Shown piece by piece: positions 1 to 14,596 of a stretch of DNA of 64,000 nucleotides. The notes under the pieces were generated by a model, which did no database searches, was not told the origin of the DNA, and saw nothing but the letters and a program-made list of their open reading frames with translations. The first letter of the stretch is position 1; each line of letters starts with the position of its first letter. Location of the stretch: NCBI RefSeq assembly GCF_009914755.1, contig NC_060947.1. One strand, 5' to 3'. The DNA comes from the human T2T-CHM13v2.0 reference genome, Homo sapiens. The translations under genes were made by a program, and so were the position numbers.

Positions 1-458
1 AGCCAAAAGTAATTAGAAAGCATAAAATGAAGGAAATGCTGGCCCTGTCCTCCTGCTTTTCTGCCTAAAGGCAAAATATAGATTCTCCTTTACTGGAGAT
101 GACTCTAAACTCTTATCAGCCCAGAGATGGCATCAGAGAGATCTGCAAACAAAACTTACTCCATTAAGTTTCTTACAATATATTTACCTTCCCACCATTG
201 CTGTCCCTTGGTAGCTGAAACCACTTTCCTTTGTCTTACCATTTCTCTACACATGCATTGTTCTTGGTGGAATATATCCTGTAAGCCAGATTTCTAATCC
301 ACTGCCTTGAGCTACCTTTCACTGAGATTTCTCCTGTATGATGTGAACAGCACAGGCGAATCAGCTTCCTTTTTCCTTCTGTTGACTTGCCTTTTGTTAC
401 AGGAGTTCATCCCAACTGAGCTTATGGAGGATGAGAAAAAGTATATTTCTTCCCTGAT
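1..458 (+). mobile_element. ERV1-class LTR fragment (MER34/MER39-like 3' part)
   Basis: 3' end 'ccttttgttacaggagttcatcccaactgagcttatggaggatgagaaaaagtatatttcttccctgata' resembles MER34/MER39-type LTR ends; recognised by eye, subfamily uncertain. Confidence 0.4.
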
Positions 459-887
459 AATAGACTATGGCCGAATTTTTCTTTAATAAGATGGCATTTA
501 AGCTGAGATCTTATGGAGAAAGGTGGTTGGCCATGGCAATACATGAGGAGAGAATGGGGAAAGAGCAAATGCAAAGACATTTGAGGGACTTGGAGAAACA
601 GAAAGTCAGAACGTGACCAACAAGGGGGAAGTAATGAGAGGGAGATCTTTTGGAGAAATATCCCAGGTGAGTCTTTGTGGGACACATGTGTGCCAGAGTC
701 TGAAACCATTTATTCAGATGTAGTAAAAGGGCCTTCAATTTTATTACCCTGATTGCTACGGGAAGCTACTGGCAGGTGTCAAGCAGAAGAGTCTAGTAAT
801 CATTCATGTGGATTGAGTATAAATCACTTTGACTGCTGAGTGGTGCTTGGGTGAGAATCGGAACAGGGAGACCCAGTTAGAACACTG

Positions 888-1509
888 CAGTTGATCTTCA
901 TTATCTGCAGATTCTGTATTTGTAAATCCATCTAGTTGCTACGTTTATTTGTAACCCCCAAGTGAATACTCCCTGTGCTTTTGTGGACATGTGCAGAGTG
1001 GTGAAATATTCTAGTACATTCCCAGCTGAGGTTGAGTAAGGAGACACTCTGCCTTCTTGTTTCAGTTCTCATACTGTAAATAACTATTCTTTTCGTGGTC
1101 TATCTAGGGCTATATTGTTTGTATTTTTGTGCTTTTTGTTGGTGCTTTTGCTGTTTACAATGGCCCAAAAATGCAGTGCTGAAGTGCTGCCTAGTGTTCC
1201 CAAACACAAGGCAGTTGTGATGTGCCTGCCTTACAGAGAAAATACATGTCTTAGATATGCTTCATTTATGCATGCATGACAGTGCAGTTGGGTGTCAGTT
1301 CAATGTTAGTGAATCAACAATATATATCCAGTAAAGTATGTTTGTACGAAAACACACCCAAAACAAAGTTATATATTGGTTGGTTGATGAAAATGAAACT
1401 GGAGCTCACGGGAACCTAACCCTGAATTTTCCAAGAAGAAATGGTTCCATATTCAGTGTTTGTGATGACCTCTTAGAGCACAACTACCTCCAATAAGCAG
1501 AATTAACCG
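888..1509 (+). mobile_element. MER82 (TcMar-Tigger DNA transposon), near full length
   Basis: Begins CAGTTGATCTTCATTATCTGCAGATTCTGTATTTG and ends ...AATAAGCAGAATTAACCG-TA. Internal 'cccagctgaggttgagtaaggagacactctgccttcttgtttcag' follows the MER82 consensus. Confidence 0.8.
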
Positions 1510-1894
1510 TATCCCAGTAGTCCAGGTGGAAGACAAAGGTTGTAGAATTGGTGAGAAGTGGTTGAGCTTGGTCAACTGGCAGGGTTTGGGAGTGATCTGG
1601 ATGTTGGACAGGAGAAATGGAGAGGCACTGCCATGTGTGGATGCTACGTGGACAGGCAGGGAAGGGTTGCATCAATAAAAAAGGAACCCACATGAAGAGG
1701 GCAGCATTTGAACTGTTCCTTGAAAGGATGAACTCGTGCATTTCAAATTTATTTATCACATATACACATGTATTTAAGTGGAAGTTATATACTCACACAG
1801 CACGGGAACATAAAGCTTAGAAAATTTATGAGCAAAGTAGAGTTATTTCTTGTAGTATTTTTAAAGGACATGTTTGTTTTGTGTGTGTGTATTG

Positions 1895-2509
1895 GGAACT
1901 CAATCCTTATCTCACTACAAATACATTAACACAAAATAAATTCATTGGCCTATACACAAAAGCTAACACAGTAACATTTCTGGAATAAATCATAAGAGAA
2001 AAATCAGCAACCATAGGGATAAGACATAAAACTATAAACTATAAAAGTAAAGAATTGATAAACTAGACTTCATCCATGTTAAAACTTTTCTCTGGAATAC
2101 ACAAATACACAAAAAAATGTCAGACACAGGATGGAAGAAAACATTAGCAATCTAATCTAATAATGTAATGGAATTCAATATATATAAAGAACTCTGATAA
2201 CTCAACAATACAGATCAAAAAAGCCAATTAAAGATAGCAAAAGACACATTACGTAAGAAGAAATGTAAATGGCCAATAATGACACGGAATGTTGCTCAAC
2301 ATCATTAGTTATCAGGGAAATGTCAATTATATCACAATGCAACTCCACTCTGTACCCACTAGTCTGGTTTAAGTGGAAAATTCTGACAATTTCAAGTGTT
2401 GTCAAAAATATGAATGCTTACTCACCACTTGTGGGAGTCTAACTTGGGAAAAGTCCTGGAAATTTGTCATAAAGTTAAGCATAGTGACCATATAACTCAG
2501 CTATTTCTC
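1895..2509 (+). mobile_element. Old L1 (L1M) ORF2 3' fragment
   Basis: 'aaatggccaataatgacacggaatgttgctcaacatcattagttatcagggaaatg' is a typical degenerate L1 ORF2 C-terminal segment. Confidence 0.7.
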
Positions 2510-2523
2510 CTTTCTTTCTTTCT

Positions 2524-2578
<55 letters not shown>

Positions 2579-2636
2579 CTTCTTTTCTTTCTCTCTCTCT
2601 TCTTTCCTTCTTTCTTTCCCTCCCTCCTTCCTTCCT
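2510..2636. repeat. (TTTC)n / (CCTT)n microsatellite
   Basis: Direct inspection. Confidence 0.95.
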
Positions 2637-3141
2637 CAAATTTATTCAATATTCATTGAACCTTTCTGATTTTTAAAAGACTGCTCTAAAGTCGATAAAT
2701 ACTATATAACTTACATTCGATTGCAGTGAGGGGCAGAGAATTATCAAGCAAAATTATATTTCAAAAGATTATTTCTTTAAATGGGGTTAAACTCTATGAA
2801 GAAAAAGTTATGTATTTCAGATTGAAAGAGAGTAAAAGGAGAATGTGGGCAACTTTGTATAAGGTGATTAGGGAAGCAAACCTGGAATAATGTTATTTAC
2901 AGAAATTAATGCAATTAATGGACATATTCTATACTGATGGCATATTTCTATATAATCTCTGCCTCTAAATATGTAGGCATAAATCATTTTTCTTTAACCA
3001 ATATATAGGTCTCTTTTTTAACCAAAAGAATTGTTTAATAGAGAAAGAAGACTTCGTTGAATCCAAACGGTGAGAGACATCAATTTTAAACCAAAAGTAC
3101 TTCTGGGTGTTGGCAGATATCCTCCATAGACAGCTACCTCT

Positions 3142-3296
3142 CTGTGGTTTTCAAGATGGTGCCCTTAGGATATAGGCATCAGCATCACCTGGCAACCTTA
3201 TTTAAAGGGAAGCTTCCAGTGACTACTTCTGGCAATCTTATTATTAACAAGCACTTGGGCTGATTATTTGGTATCTTAAAGTTTGAATACCATTGG
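3142..3296 (+). mobile_element. MER5A/B (hAT-Charlie) fragment
   Basis: 'ctgtggttttcaag...gcatcagcatcacctgg...aacaagcac...aaagtttgaataccattg'. Confidence 0.6.
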
Positions 3297-4575
3297 CTGT
3301 CAGTTGCAACTTTAAAAGTGCTGACATAAGATTGAGGAGGGTATATTTGATTCTGAGTACACCAGGCAGGATCTTATCTTTGTGATACTGAGCCATGGGG
3401 GACTTCTTAACTTTATGCAGGAACTTCTTAGGCTGCCTGGACTACCAAGCTCTAGTCTTTCCTGGAGAACACTGAGATGTGAGTATTAGATCTTGGGGCC
3501 AGGAGTTCTGGCCAAGTTGGAGCACTGAGGATGCAAGAAAAATCTCTTAAAATCTCACAGACTCAGTTTGCACCTTGGAGAAGAAGATCAAAGTGGTAGT
3601 ATATATATGCACAACCCTATTGCCCCTCTCCAATGAGGCTTTGAAGATCATATGCATACTAAACCTAATGTTGATATTCACAGTTTTCATGCAAGAAAAG
3701 AATAGAAAGTGATTGAGTTTCTACTGTGTATTAACACCTTTAAAAATATTATCTCAATTAAAATTGCTGAAATCTTCTCCATGACAGTTTAGGGACAGTA
3801 TTGCTTTCTACATCCTATAGGAAGAAATAATTGGTTGAAGCAGGAGAATAGAAATGCAAATCCAAACCTTGCTTTTGCCACAAGTTCAGGTTAACTCTAG
3901 AAGCATTATTTGATTATTTTATTCTAAATTCCTTTCTTTTTAAATTAAGAGTATTTCATGCGCTCCTTGTATGCGTCAATCAAGAAAGACTTTAATTTGG
4001 CTTTTTTTAATGATCCACCACCCTTCCACGTGCTGTCTAATAACATGTTCTAATATTATGATAGCATTGCTGAGTTCCAAAAATGCATTTCATAATTGAG
4101 ATGGTGGCTTATCAATGGCAGCAGGCTTAAAATGAACAAGAATCCAAATACTTGTTTCAAGAGTTTATTTTTTATTCCTGATTATCTAAAAACTGCTAGG
4201 CAATTTTTTACCTAATCATATCTCAAGTAGTGTTCGATGAAAACATTTTTTTTAACCCATGGAAACATAAGCAATGGAAAAAAAGTGCATGTGAATAAAC
4301 AGCTTTATTTTGGAAATCTAGGGAAGAAAATATAGCACACCATTTCCCAATTTGTTTTCCTACTCAAGACTTGTGTTGAAAACACCAAGCCAAAGATAAT
4401 CCATGGTTCTTAATCGTATACTGTTAGATGTGCATGACCAAGCGTTGTCAGATGTGCATGACCAGGCATTGTTACAGCTCCCCCTATTGACCTATCTCCT
4501 GTCTTCTTCTCATTAGAACATTTGTTCTTTGCCCCAGAGTAAGGCATCTGGCCATATTTTCATTAATTCATTCTA

Positions 4576-5004
<429 letters not shown>

Positions 5005-6650
5005 TCAAATGCTTCCATATGTAGGTGTGGGCGTATCTGTGTTTACATATGTACATGTATTTATGTGTGCATGCAAACGTGTGTGTACATATATAACTAA
5101 AAATCATATCTATAGTACAAATATATATACATACATATGATTTTTTCAGTAGTATGTGTATACACATATATGCGGTACATACAATCATACATATAGTACA
5201 AATATATATCTGTGTGTGTGTGATTTTTTTAAAAGATTTGTGTTCCACCAGGAGGCTATTTCCAATATTTGTATGGACTCTAAAGGATTAAATTAATTTA
5301 TACTACAGTCCACCTTCTCTTTTAACATTTAAAACTAGAATTTTTATGGCTAGATGGTGATATTTCAATGAGCAATACCTTCTACATAATAAGTCATTTA
5401 AAAACTTGCCATTTAAATCAATAAAATTTTGCACTCAATACTTTTGCACTCAAAAGTATTTTAAAGTTATCTAATATTTTGAACTTTAATTCACTTATCA
5501 AACAGAAAACATCCACTTGGGAAAGTCTAATACACCTTTGGTTAACTGCACAATGTTTAAAATCCAATAAAACTTAATAAAATAATATTTTACCAACAAG
5601 AGAATTAATTCCTATGAACTATTTATCTATTTGTATAGTCTGAGGCTCATCATAAATCAAATAAAAGCATAGTACCTCAGAGCAGAGAAGTACACATAAT
5701 ATGCTTGTCCTAACATGATTTTTATTACTTGCATTTCCCTCTGGAGGAATACAGTGAATGAATTAATGAAGTTGGCTTTTATTACTGATTCATTGCATAT
5801 AAAATGAAAAAGCCGCTTTGGATGTTCAAGAATTTACATGCAAAGTAGACTAGGAATTCCAATGTCAGTTTATGGGCTATATATATGTACTGCAGAAGGA
5901 ACAGGGAAAACACAAAACTGAGGGTGTTTTCTGGTGGATGGGACTGCCAGGAGGTCAGTGTGCCTTGGCTGAAGGAACACGGGGTGGTTTGTAAATAAAG
6001 CATACAAACCATCAGCCTAATATTTTTGGTATGGACATCAGGATGTCTGTGGGCAAACCAAGTCAATTGCTAAATGCAAAGTTGCAGATTGAAGGCTGCT
6101 GTGGACATGAGGCTTGAGTCCCCAAGGGTGTCCTAGACATTGGGATATTAGTTTGGACCCTGCCAGAGTTGGTTCAGGGGTCAGGGTAGGACTGCAGCTT
6201 TTTACATGGTTTTAGGTGAAAATGGGGGTCGATGTTGCCTTTAAAGCCTGTTCAGCAAGGAGACCACTTTGCCAGGCTCTATTTATGATTGACAATAAAT
6301 GAATTATCTGTTTCCTTTCCCGTGCCCACGACTTCACTTTACTATTGTGACAACTTTCTTAGTGAGAGAGAGAGCAATGCTGGATGAAAGGGCAATGGAT
6401 TGTTACTGAGAACTTTGTTTTGTGTGCAGAGGTGAAGTGAACAGGGGAGTAGAGGTTATAAAGTGTTATTCGGGTTCTATGTGAATACCTCTGGGTTTAT
6501 TGGAACGTCTGAATGCGATGCCTTTCTCTCCTGCTAAACAGTAAGTAAGGACTGGGTCTGCTCCTGCAACATGGCACAGTATCTGGCCTGAAAAAGTACT
6601 CGATTAATATTTATTAAACAAATGAATGAGGTTAAGTGAATATATAGAAT

Positions 6651-6693
6651 GATGGATGGATGGATGGATGGATGGATGGATAGATGGATGGAT
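6651..6693. repeat. (GGAT)n microsatellite
   Basis: Direct inspection. Confidence 0.9.
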
Positions 6694-6729
6694 TAATAAA
6701 TGGTTCATAGTGTGCAAAAGAGGGAAGAA

Positions 6730-7029
6730 GGCTGGGCATGGTGGCTCATGACTGTAATCCCAGCACTTTGGGAGGCTGAGGTGGGCAAATTGCTTGAGCC
6801 CAGGAGTTTGAGATGAGCCTGGGCCACATAGGGAGAACCCATCTCTCCAAAAAAACTTAAAAAGTTAATCAGGCATGGTGATGCACACCTGTGGTCCCAC
6901 ATACTCAGGAGGCTGAGGTGGAAGGATCACTTGAGCCCAGGAGTCCAAGGCTGCAGTGAGCTATGATCGTGCCACTGAACTCTAGCCTTGGCAACAGAGC
7001 AATACTCTGTCTCAAAAAAAAAAAAAAAA
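6730..7029 (+). mobile_element. AluJ
   Basis: Right arm 'ggatcacttgagcccaggagtccaaggctgcagtgagctatgatcgtgccactg' is AluJ-diagnostic; poly(A) tail present. Confidence 0.9.
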
Positions 7030-8394
7030 TGAAAGAAAGAAAGAAAAAAGTAGGGGCGAGGCATAAAATGAAAAAGAAATGCTCATTACATTTTTTTGAA
7101 GTTATTAAAACATACAAATAAATCAGAGTAGTCCTTTCAAAGAAAGATTAGATTAGACAAAACCTCTGGTACCAGGTCTTATGCCTGGTGAGACTTTGGA
7201 TCTCCTCCTGGACAAGAACTTTCTACCCTGTTATAAACATTCAAGGCAATCTCTTAAGTGCTCTAAGTGATTGAGCATCTATCCCTGTGATGCAACCCGA
7301 AGCTACCAAAACCCTCCCAGATTTCTACTTAGTTCTGCCTCTTCCTTCTCCTTCTCCTTCTCTTTATTCTCCTTCCGCTCCTTCTTCTCACTCTCTTTCT
7401 TCTCTTGTTCAGAATTTATCTACTTCTTTAAAAGTAGGCAGGAGCAAGCTTGGTCAAAATAAAAATGTTGTAAAACCTTGATTTCGTTAGTTTTGTTGTT
7501 ACCCCCTGACAATGCAGTAAGCTCAGAACTGCTAAGATTTGATGATGGAATTTGACCAAAAATTACCAGAAAATCCTGCATGTTGTACAGGAAGGGGGCC
7601 CTGAGACACTTGGAACTTTACAAGAGCATCAGAGAAACAGGCAATTGGGCAACACTGAGGAAAGGCAGAGAGGTGAGGGAGAAGATGTAAAATGTCACTG
7701 ATGTAATTTTGCCTAGAACCACCCACAGCACATCGTAAAAACTAATTAGATCTCTGAAAAGAGACATGCAAGAGTGGATAAGTGAGCTCCTTAGGTCAAA
7801 GTGTTAAGGAGGTCCATAGTTACTGAGGTAAGAGAAAGAAGAACCATCAGAATGGAAGGAGTATTCAGAAACATGAAAGATGATTATGTGAAGGCAGTGT
7901 CTAGGCGAAGAAAATTAAAAATTATAAAGGAGGAACAATGCATCAAATGAAATACAAGAAGCCAAGAAGTCTCGGAGGCTTAGGATGCTTGAAAGGATCC
8001 TAAGAGGAGTTTCTCCAAGGGGCTGAAATGGATATTAGAAAATATATTAGCTAATATATGCAGGAGAAGTTTACAGAGGACATTATCATAATTGAAGGGA
8101 CAGGAGTGGAAGTAAACGTTTCCATTACGTGTAGTTGCATGAGTGTATCTTTAGAGATGACGATCAGAGAATTCTGGAACACCCTGTGATACAATATAGT
8201 GTAGTTTTTATGACCTAAAATAGCACATTAGGTAGCTTCTTGATTAATGTCATTACAGTGGCCTGGAGTTAAGGTGCTCTTCAATTGTCATATTCCTCTA
8301 CAAACCTACACTGGTGAATTACATGGAAATAGCTAAAGGACCCAGGCAATTGTTGGTTGACGGTGTGCCTTAAATATATCATGTTAATATAGTG

Positions 8395-8520
8395 CTTGCA
8401 GTTTAAAATGTCTTCCCACATACATTTGCCCATTTAATTTCCTCAATGTGAGGCAGGTGCTAATCTCATTTTATAGTGAGAAAATTGAGCGTTAGAGAGG
8501 CTGAAAGTGATACCCTAATA
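8395..8520 (-). mobile_element. MIR fragment
   Basis: 'ctcattttatagtgagaaaattgagcgttagagaggctgaaagtga' is the MIR core in reverse orientation. Confidence 0.6.
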
Positions 8521-8913
8521 AGGGGCAAGAGTTGTTCTTTTTTGTCAGCTAGGTCAACGGCCATTTATGCCATTGAACTCATATCAAGTGCTCTTCTTCT
8601 TTCTCTATAACTGTGGGAAGACAAAGGTTTATCCCAAAGTGTGTGCTATAAAATCAGTCCTGCAAGTCATATTTCCACGCATATCAATTTTGCCAATGTA
8701 CACATTGCAAAATTACTTTTGTTCTTCCATTGTTCCATCGACAAAACACTAACGATGAGAAAAATATCTAATCCATGGGTGCTACGAGAATTAAGTAAAT
8801 TAACATGTGTAACCTTCCTAGAAAAGTGCTTGGCAAAAGTAAGCAGAAAATAGATATTTATCATTATAATTGTTGGTGTTGTATTGTTATGAATGAAACG
8901 AAAAACAAAAGTA

Positions 8914-9279
8914 TAGTCATGCACAGCATAATGGCATTTTGATCAATGATGGACCACATATAAAATGGTAGTCCTATAAGATTATAAGGGAGCTGAAAAT
9001 ATTCTATCATCTACAAATATTGTAGCACAACACATTACTTTTTCTATGTTTAGATATGAAAATACCATTGTGTGATAATTGCCTTCAGTATTCAGTACAG
9101 TACCATGCTGTTCAGGTTTGTAGCCTAGGAGCAATAGCCTATACCATATAGCCTAGGTGAGTGATCGACTGTACCATCTAGGTTTGTGCAAGCACACTCT
9201 GTAATGTTTGTACAATGACAAAATTGCCCAGTCTCACATTTCTCAGAATGTATCCTCATCATTAATCAGTGCATGACTA
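8914..9279 (+). mobile_element. Tigger3a (MER7A) DNA transposon
   Basis: Terminal inverted repeats TAGTCATGCA...TGCATGACTA flanked by TA; internal 'gtagcctaggagcaatagcctataccatatagcctaggtg'. Confidence 0.88.
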
Positions 9280-10080
9280 TAAACATTTTTTGGGCGGAAA
9301 CCAATTTTTCACTTGTGAACCATCTCCGATCAGTAACAAAGTGTCCTGTTAGCTCCCATATGAAGGAGAGCAATGCTTGAGTGGCAAGCAGGAATGAAAG
9401 CGCAGTTCACCTACCTGTCCCGTGTGCTCTCAGGCTCTCTTCCATCAGCAGCAAAGCCCTCCTCCCACCCACACACACAGAGTCATGCACGTACTCACAC
9501 AAATTCACTCACATGCATACACAGACAGGGTCATACACACACTCACACACACCTTCACTCACACATACCACCATGTACCAAGAGTCATACCTACCACCAC
9601 CAAGGACGCCATCCTCCTGGCAACATCGAAAAGAAAGAAGAGAGGCCTTGCAGCTCGCCAGAACTATTTCTTGATAGCCACACTTGGGCAATGCGGTATT
9701 TGATGTGTCTTCATGGAGGCATCACCTTTGCTGTTGTTATCTCATCCACATGGCCATAGTCATTGCTTCACAGAGGACTGGGTAAAAAAAAAAAAAAAAA
9801 CAACGCAAATAAATGACCACTCACAGGTTCTGAGTGGTGAGTGAGTAAATGTTGGTGCTGGCTCAGGATGGCTAATGGGAACTGCTAGCAAGTTAGCTGG
9901 GGCCAGCCTGAAGGGCCTGGGGAGTGTGCTGCTGGCCGCAGTAGCCACTTCAGAGAAGCCTCTAATAGCAATGCCAGGAAGGGACAGATAACACTGGAGC
10001 AACTTCAGGGCATCAACTCCCAGATCCTAGCTTGGCTGCCTGTCTATTGTCCTGTTTCCTGAAAACACCAAGGAATGGAG

Positions 10081-10880
10081 TCATTCATTAACTCAGCAAA
10101 CACTTAAAGATTGCATTCTGGGTTCTGAGTGGTTTTAGGTGCTAAAAAGAGAATAATAAACAAAACCACAAGGCTTTTTGTCTTCTGGAGCTGATACTTA
10201 AATTGATGTGAGACAGATGGTACATAACACAAAAAAACAGCTGTTATCGGTTAAAATTAGGAACAATGAAGAAAATGAAAGAAGATAATGGAACAGAAGA
10301 TGACATTGGATGAGATGAGCCTCTATGAAGAAAAGGAGAGAGTAACAGGCCAACGGGTAAGTTGGGGGCAGGTACGGCGGCATAAGTTGGTGGATGCAAC
10401 AAGTGAGCTGAAAATTGAGTGGCGAGAAGGAACCTACCATGAAAAATAAATGTGAGGAGTATGTATTTCTGGCAGTGCAACTAAGAACTGGCAAGGTGCT
10501 GAGATAAAGGCTCTAGAAAGGTGTGGTGTGTTCACGGCATAATGAACAGGAGGAGAGAGAGTTGTAAGAGGAAAACTCAAAGAGATAAAAGTGATGTGCC
10601 ATGGGGAAAAGATGGGTTTAATTATATTTGGATGGAGAGCGATGGACAGGTTAGTAGCCTCTCAGTAAGAAGGCCTGATTTACAATTTTATAGGACCATT
10701 CTGGTTACCAAGTGGAAGGTGGTGTGAAGGGGTAACGTGAGAAAAGCAGAACGACCTGGGAGCTCAGACAAGAGGTGAAAGCAGACATGGGCCAAAGCCA
10801 TCAGATTCATAGCACATTTGTAAGACACAGAAGAAAACTTGCTGCTGGATGAGATGCAGGGTGTGAGTCGATTATCGAGG
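10081..10880 (-). mobile_element. L2 3' fragment
   Basis: Starts 'tcattcattaactcagcaaacactt' (L2 3' tail, reverse) followed by purine-rich L2 body; boundaries approximate. Confidence 0.65.
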
Positions 10881-11821
10881 AAAATGCTCTTCCAAAAGAA
10901 GTAAACGATATAAATGATGGAACGTATTACAAAACCCAACCCGAAATTATTGCCAGTATCAGAGCTAACAATTCTAACCTGAATGATCATCCATCTCCCT
11001 ACCCCCTACAAAGAGTCATTCATGAGAGACCATGAGTCTAAAACATCATTATTGAATAGGACAAAGCGTGAGGTCTTTCTCAAAAAGGGTCCTTATCCTA
11101 GGCATGTTTCATATCCTGCTTTGCTAAAATTGCCTCTTTGTTTAAAATTATGAAATCATGTTTTGAACAAATGAATGAAATTGAAAATTCATATGCAATA
11201 GCTCTATTGACATGGGAAAATAACGTGTTTGTGTGAACATGATTCACTCACACTGCCTCTTCAGATACGAACAAATCATTTTGTAACATCGGTTTAATTC
11301 CATCTTTCTCTCCATATTGTAAAGATTATCTTTCCAACTTCACTTCAGAATAATGGTTATTATTATTGTAAATTGTAGTTCTTCTCCCCTTTTTTCTTAG
11401 TCATTATATAGTAGTTGATTATCTCTCTTTCTGCAGGGGTTGAGGTCCCCATTTTTATTTCCAATTTGTGATTTCCAGCTCCGTATTTTACAGTATTATA
11501 TTTTGTGCACTCGGCTATTGTAAAATGATTTCCTATTGCCTCTTTTGGGGGCATAGATTTGTAGCAATTTAGCCTTTTTTATCCATTCTTCCCAGAAGGC
11601 AGTTTGCTGACATTTATGGAGTTTGAACTGTTACAGAGAGTGAGATGTGCTTTGCATAAGGACATTTCTGTCATTGTTCTTGAGGTTAATGCTATGTGGG
11701 CTCCAGTGGCCATGCTGAAATGGAGTGTGAGGTATGAATCATTTCATTTTGATTTTTTCAGTGTATCAGAAAAGGACAAGGATGTATTGCTATGCTGCTG
11801 ATGGTACCAGAAACTCTTATC

Positions 11822-11868
11822 TGATGATGGTGATGAAGATGATGATGATGATGATGATGATGATAATG
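11822..11868. repeat. (GAT)n microsatellite
   Basis: Direct inspection. Confidence 0.9.
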
Positions 11869-12660
11869 TACTAATTATGTTCTGCGTTCAGAGACAGGGG
11901 AAGCTTTTGGGTGACTGTCATTAATCTTCTAGCACTGACAGAGACTATCAAATGGAATAAGGTAGGGTAGCCTCAGAGGAAGGAAGGAAGGTCCTCCTGC
12001 AATCATATGCAGTTGTCAGGAATAAGTCACCCCTCTAACTCTTTATATTGAGCCTCTCGATAGGGGATATGAAAACAGAGAGAGGTACTCAATGTCTACT
12101 CCGTCATTCTCCTTCCTCCCTGGCAAACTGCTTTCCCAAATACCAGATAGGGAAAGGTCCCAAACAGCAGCAAGATTCAGGACTATTGTTGCAAAGTAAA
12201 TGTGGTTCTTGGATCGATATAAATATCTGGAGACTCTGAAAAAGGCCAAGTGCTTTACTTCAGATAGTTGATGCTTGAGAGCAAACTGCACACAGTCCTT
12301 TTGAAGTCAACAGTTTATCAGGGCATTACAGATACACACTTCTTGGGCCTTCGCGAATACACTCATTGAGAGGCAATTTGATGTTATATCTTTGTCTTCT
12401 CTAGAGAACGTTATCACACAGATGTCGATTTGGGTAGTGTTTTTATAATTTTGCAAATGAATTATTGCACATTGCATCTACTGTCACTCATAAAAGCCCA
12501 CACAATATTCCTTGAATTTTAATTCGAGAAGTAGCAGGGGATCAGGGGAAGGAAGAGATTCACCCCTAGGAATAAATGTGTATGTTTTCTCTTATCAGCA
12601 AAAAGTATATCTATGTAGGTAAATAATGAAGACAGAATTATACACCTTTTAAGAGTTATG

Positions 12661-12972
12661 TTTTTGTTGTTGTTGTTGTTGTTGTTGGCTTTGAACAGAG
12701 TCTCACTCCGTTACCCAGGCTGAAGTGCAGTGGCACAATCTCGGCACACTGCAACCTCCGCTCCTGGATTCAAGCTATTCTCCTGCCTCAGTCTTCCGAG
12801 TACCTGGGATTACAGGCACGTGCCAACACACCTGGCTAATATTTTGTATTTTAGTAGAGACAAGGTTTCACCATGTTGCCCAGGCTGGTCTCAAACTCCT
12901 GAGCTCAGGCAATCCGCCCGCCTCTGCTTCCCAAACTGCTAGGATTACAGGCGTGAGCCACCACTCCTAGCC
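12661..12972 (-). mobile_element. AluS with (TTG)n tail
   Basis: Reverse Alu; degenerate TSD GAGTTATG (12653-12660) / GAGTCATG (12973-12980). Confidence 0.93.
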
Positions 12973-14241
12973 GAGTCATGTTTTCAACCCATAAGAGTTC
13001 ATAGGTAAAGGATATATACATATATATATATATATATAGCCATCAACAAATGTTGACCTAAATTTACAACTCAAGCTTCCCAAACTACTCAATATGAGCG
13101 CTCAGGAGTACCAAATTCTTCAGGGTTTTCTGATGGACTTTGTCTTCATTTATTCTTTATGTTTTATGTTGTGCCTTGTCTTCATTTGAGCGTTGCCTCA
13201 CAGTCTTTTGGTTTTCAGCTGACACAAACATCAAATTAGTGAGAAGGAAAGTCTTTTGTTGGGGCTGTTTATGCCTGGTCTCTTTGAGAGTCTCAAGTGT
13301 CCTGGGGTGTCCAGAAGCCATTTTCTCAGTTATGTTTCTCAGGACACAATTCTGAGACATAAGGAGGCCTAACTGCCAAACTCCTCTTTGGGCTTCCTGC
13401 CATGGATTGTATTTCATTTCTAGATAATACAGCGAAAATAGAGCCATCCATACATTGCAGTATCATAGGGCTCAATGACTCATTAGACCTATGAAGAAAA
13501 AGGACACAAAAGGAAAAACATAAATAAATGCAAAAACTATATTCTGAATGATTTGGTTCAGTGGATAACAATAATTAAAAGGTGAGCTCACTTGATGAAT
13601 TTGGGGGAACAACCAAAAGATCATCAAAATTGTAGATGACTCAGAAATAGATTAAAAACAGACCTAACAGGTCACAGAATCTGAATTTCTCCTCTCCACC
13701 TTCTAAACATGCCTCGCGATTTTCTTAACCACCAAATCTTTCTCCTGATCATAGACAACTCTCACCCAGGTTGTCAACATATATAAAACTGGTTAAAATG
13801 ATGAGAGGTCTTCAAATTTATTCAGAGTAAATGCTGCTTTAAAAATGGTCATGCAGCATTGAAAAACGATCATGTGGAAAAAACATACTTGGACTGAAGT
13901 GAGACTATATAACCTGTCTGATTTGGGTACAAAACAGTCTTATTTCTTCCACGTTGGTCACAGTGACAATGATAATATTATTATTTTATGGATTTTCTGG
14001 ACATCTTCCATATGCACAGTTGGATGGTTATTTGATGCATTTATTTTTCTGAGTAGCTGATATTAAGTCAATTCTTGCTCTTGCTACATGAAACTAAGAG
14101 CTTTTCTTTCACAGTCACATACCACGGGCTCTGGCTAACCAGCATGCAGGGTCACAGTCAGGTCAAAGAAGCATCCTAAACCCAATTGTGTCTTAATTTT
14201 AGAAAATGGAAAAGATCAATATACTCCATGTAGAAGAATAG

Positions 14242-14596
14242 TGTATTAGTCTGTTTTCATGCTGCTGATAAAGACATACTCGAGACTGGGAAGTAAAAGA
14301 GGTTTAATTGGACTTACAGTTCCAAATGGCTGGGGAGGCCTCAGAATCATAGTGGGAGGCAAAAGGCAGTTCTTACATGGCAGTAGCAGGAGAAAATGAG
14401 GAAGATGTAAAAGCAGAAACCCCTGATAAAACCATCAGATCTTATGAGACTTATTCACTACCACAAGAACAATATGGGGGAAACCGCCCCCGTGATTCAA
14501 ATTATCTCCCACCGGGTCCCTCCCACAACATGTGGGAATTATGGGAGTACAATTCAAGATGAAATTTGGGTGGGGACACAGAGCCAAACCATATCA
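14242..14596 (-). mobile_element. THE1 (THE1C/B-like) solo LTR
   Basis: TGTATTAGTC...CCAAACCATATCA, 355 bp, perfect 5-bp TSD AATAG (14237-14241, 14597-14601). Confidence 0.92.
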
